From NCBI GenBank assembly GCA_003566505.1, contig PXDA01000034.1:1-27386 (forward strand): DNA of 27,386 nt. The letters run 5' to 3'. A program made the position numbers and the translations under genes. Below the pieces are notes generated by a model that was not told the DNA's origin, did no database searches, and saw nothing but the letters and a program-made list of their open reading frames with translations. How positions within the stretch are numbered: position 1 is the first letter of the stretch; every line of letters begins with the position of its first letter. Source of the stretch: Mollicutes bacterium. Its GTDB lineage: Bacteria > Bacillota_I > Bacilli_A > RF39 > UBA660. Below are positions 25,838 through 27,386 of this stretch, piece after piece.

Positions 25838-27386
25838 TCAAGTTTTAAAAATGGATAACCCTCATTAGCAGTTCCAATACCCCAAATATAGTTATCATTC
25901 CAGCCATATTCATCTTGCGTTACATCATTTTGAGGTGCTATATCCCAAACACTATAAGTAGTAATATCTTGCATTTGCGAAGTAGTTTTTCCCTCGCCTC
26001 CATCTGATTCATTTTGTCCAGAAGTTTCAGTATTCCAATAAGAGTTATTAACACTCCCCCAATTTTCACCAACTAAACCACCGATATCATTATCACCTGT
26101 AACATTTCCTATTGCATAAGAATTGTTGATATTACTTCCATTTGAACCTACGAGTCCACCAGTCCACCATTCTCCACCAGAAACATCACCTAATGAAAAA
26201 GAATTTGTTATATAAGAACCACTTGTTGCCAATCCGACTAAACCACCTACATTTTCATCACCAAAGACATCACCAGTGGCATAAGATTTTTCTATATTTC
26301 CACTATCATGCCAACCAACCAAACCACCAATATATTCTTCGCCTTCAACTATTCCCGTTGCATAAGAATTTATTATCTCTACTTCATCAGTACGACCAAC
26401 TAATCCACCAATATTTCTAGCGTTCCATCCGACACCACTAGGGATATGAATATCACCAGTTGCATAAGAATTTATTATATTTCCATATTCTGCGCGCCCA
26501 GCTAAGCCACCAATATTATAACCTTGTCCTATAATATTACCAGTTGCATATGAATTAATAATATCACCATTCGAATGTATACCGATTAATCCACCACCTA
26601 GTCCACCTTCAGTAGTTTCAATATCAACTGTTGAATAACTATCTATTATATTGCCATCCTCATAATTATATCCAATCAGCCCGCCAACATGTCCGCCTTT
26701 CATACTACCCGTTGAAGAACAATTTTCTATTATTGTTTCTCCTTCTGTTTCACCAACTAAAGCTCCTGAAGTCGCTCCACCAACTATATCAACATCAGTA
26801 AGTTTTATATTCCTAAAGCTTGCTTCAAATGTCCAGCCAAATAAACCAGCATAAGTTAATTCGACTTCTTCATCAATAATTGTCAAATTTTTTATTTCAT
26901 AATTATTACCATCAAATTTTCCTCTAAAGATATCGGGCCAACTAGACCAACACTCACTTAGAGGACTCCAATTAACAAAACTTGCCAAATCAATTTCTGC
27001 TACTTGAATATAATTTTTATCTAAACCACCTATATAATCATCTTCCCATTTTGTGCCAGCACCAAATGTATTACTTGAATCATACCTTACATTATCAAGT
27101 TCAGTTCCATTAGCAACCGGAATCCAAGTTCCTTCGGTCCCAACATAATATTCAGGCACTTCAACTTCTTCACAATCATTATTAATTAAACAATCTTCCA
27201 ATGTATTGCCTGTTTCCTCTTCTTCAACTATACAACGCACCGAATATGCATTCCCCATATGCTCCGCCCAACGATGTACGCCTTCTTCAGCTTGTTGCAT
27301 GCCACGATACCAAGCGGTACCACTACATACTGGGAAGGTGTTTATTAAACCTAACAAATATTGTTCTAATAATACTAAATCTTGGA
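25834..27386 (-). CDS. Large acidic surface protein with GLUG repeats and a probable FISUMP-like domain; 5' end outside the window
   Basis: The frame is open upstream of the track start to the window edge (QDLVLLEQYLLG). It has AWYR...GNAYSVRCI (FISUMP-like end), FRGKFDGNNYEIKNL, many GGLxG..NSYATGxV repeats and a WDI...GYPFL terminus. Confidence 0.85.
   Translation of the reverse strand, partial: QDLVLLEQYLLGLINTFPVCSGTAWYRGMQQAEEGVHRWAEHMGNAYSVRCIVEEEETGNTLEDCLINNDCEEVEVPEYYVGTEGTWIPVANGTELDNVRYDSSNTFGAGTKWEDDYIGGLDKNYIQVAEIDLASFVNWSPLSECWSSWPDIFRGKFDGNNYEIKNLTIIDEEVELTYAGLFGWTFEASFRNIKLTDVDIVGGATSGALVGETEGETIIENCSSTGSMKGGHVGGLIGYNYEDGNIIDSYSTVDIETTEGGLGGGLIGIHSNGDIINSYATGNIIGQGYNIGGLAGRAEYGNIINSYATGDIHIPSGVGWNARNIGGLVGRTDEVEIINSYATGIVEGEEYIGGLVGWHDSGNIEKSYATGDVFGDENVGGLVGLATSGSYITNSFSLGDVSGGEWWTGGLVGSNGSNINNSYAIGNVTGDNDIGGLVGENWGSVNNSYWNTETSGQNESDGGEGKTTSQMQDITTYSVWDIAPQNDVTQDEYGWNDNYIWGIGTANEGYPFLKLE

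Noticed and set aside
1823-26420. All plus-strand ORFs in the track, and the minus-strand ORFs 9238-9429 and 17133-17318
   Set aside because: They are short, lie antisense to or out of frame within well-supported genes, and have no motifs or SD; these are shadow ORFs.
26040-26780. DNA-level tandem repeat in the GLUG gene
   Set aside because: The recurrence (for example GCATAAGAATT) reflects degenerate protein repeats (NSYATG), not a separate DNA element.
1-27386. Genetic code 4 (TGA = Trp), suggested by low GC, DUF2779 and the TGA in the HD gene
   Set aside because: Conserved Trp residues in cysS and other long genes are TGG, and TGA ends tyrS, the GGDEF gene and the kinase at their expected C-termini.
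1-27386. CRISPR array, tRNA/rRNA genes, IS elements or prophage
   Set aside because: No regularly spaced repeats, cloverleaf or rRNA-like segments, or transposase/integrase/phage structural motifs were seen. The Cas4-like domain belongs to DUF2779 and has no cas neighbours.

Overview
A very AT-rich bacterial chromosomal segment in which every credible gene lies on the minus strand. T-box leaders, a CIRCE operator, an Asl-type D-aspartate ligase and a DUF2779 protein point to a low-GC Bacillota genome; class Bacilli, possibly an uncultured lineage near the Mollicutes, is an inference. The genetic code is 11. Four aminoacyl-tRNA synthetase genes are present (trpS, cysS, tyrS, serS), three with T-box leaders whose specifier codons match. 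The most notable features are: (1) a tightly coupled thioredoxin lipoprotein - CcdA-like - H-protein - flavin disulfide reductase - LipA - LipM/LplA operon that may be a lipoate-based electron relay across the membrane; (2) a C-terminally truncated RelA/SpoT homolog with Gln in place of the catalytic synthetase Glu; (3) a coupled JAB-like - DUF2779 dual nuclease - ASCH operon; (4) a WYL - alarmone hydrolase - NMP kinase - 5'(3')-deoxyribonucleotidase cluster whose first two genes each carry one in-frame stop at a conserved aromatic residue; (5) a serS T-box with an atypical expression platform. No rRNA, tRNA, CRISPR array or transposase was seen. All family calls come from motif recognition by eye, with no database search.
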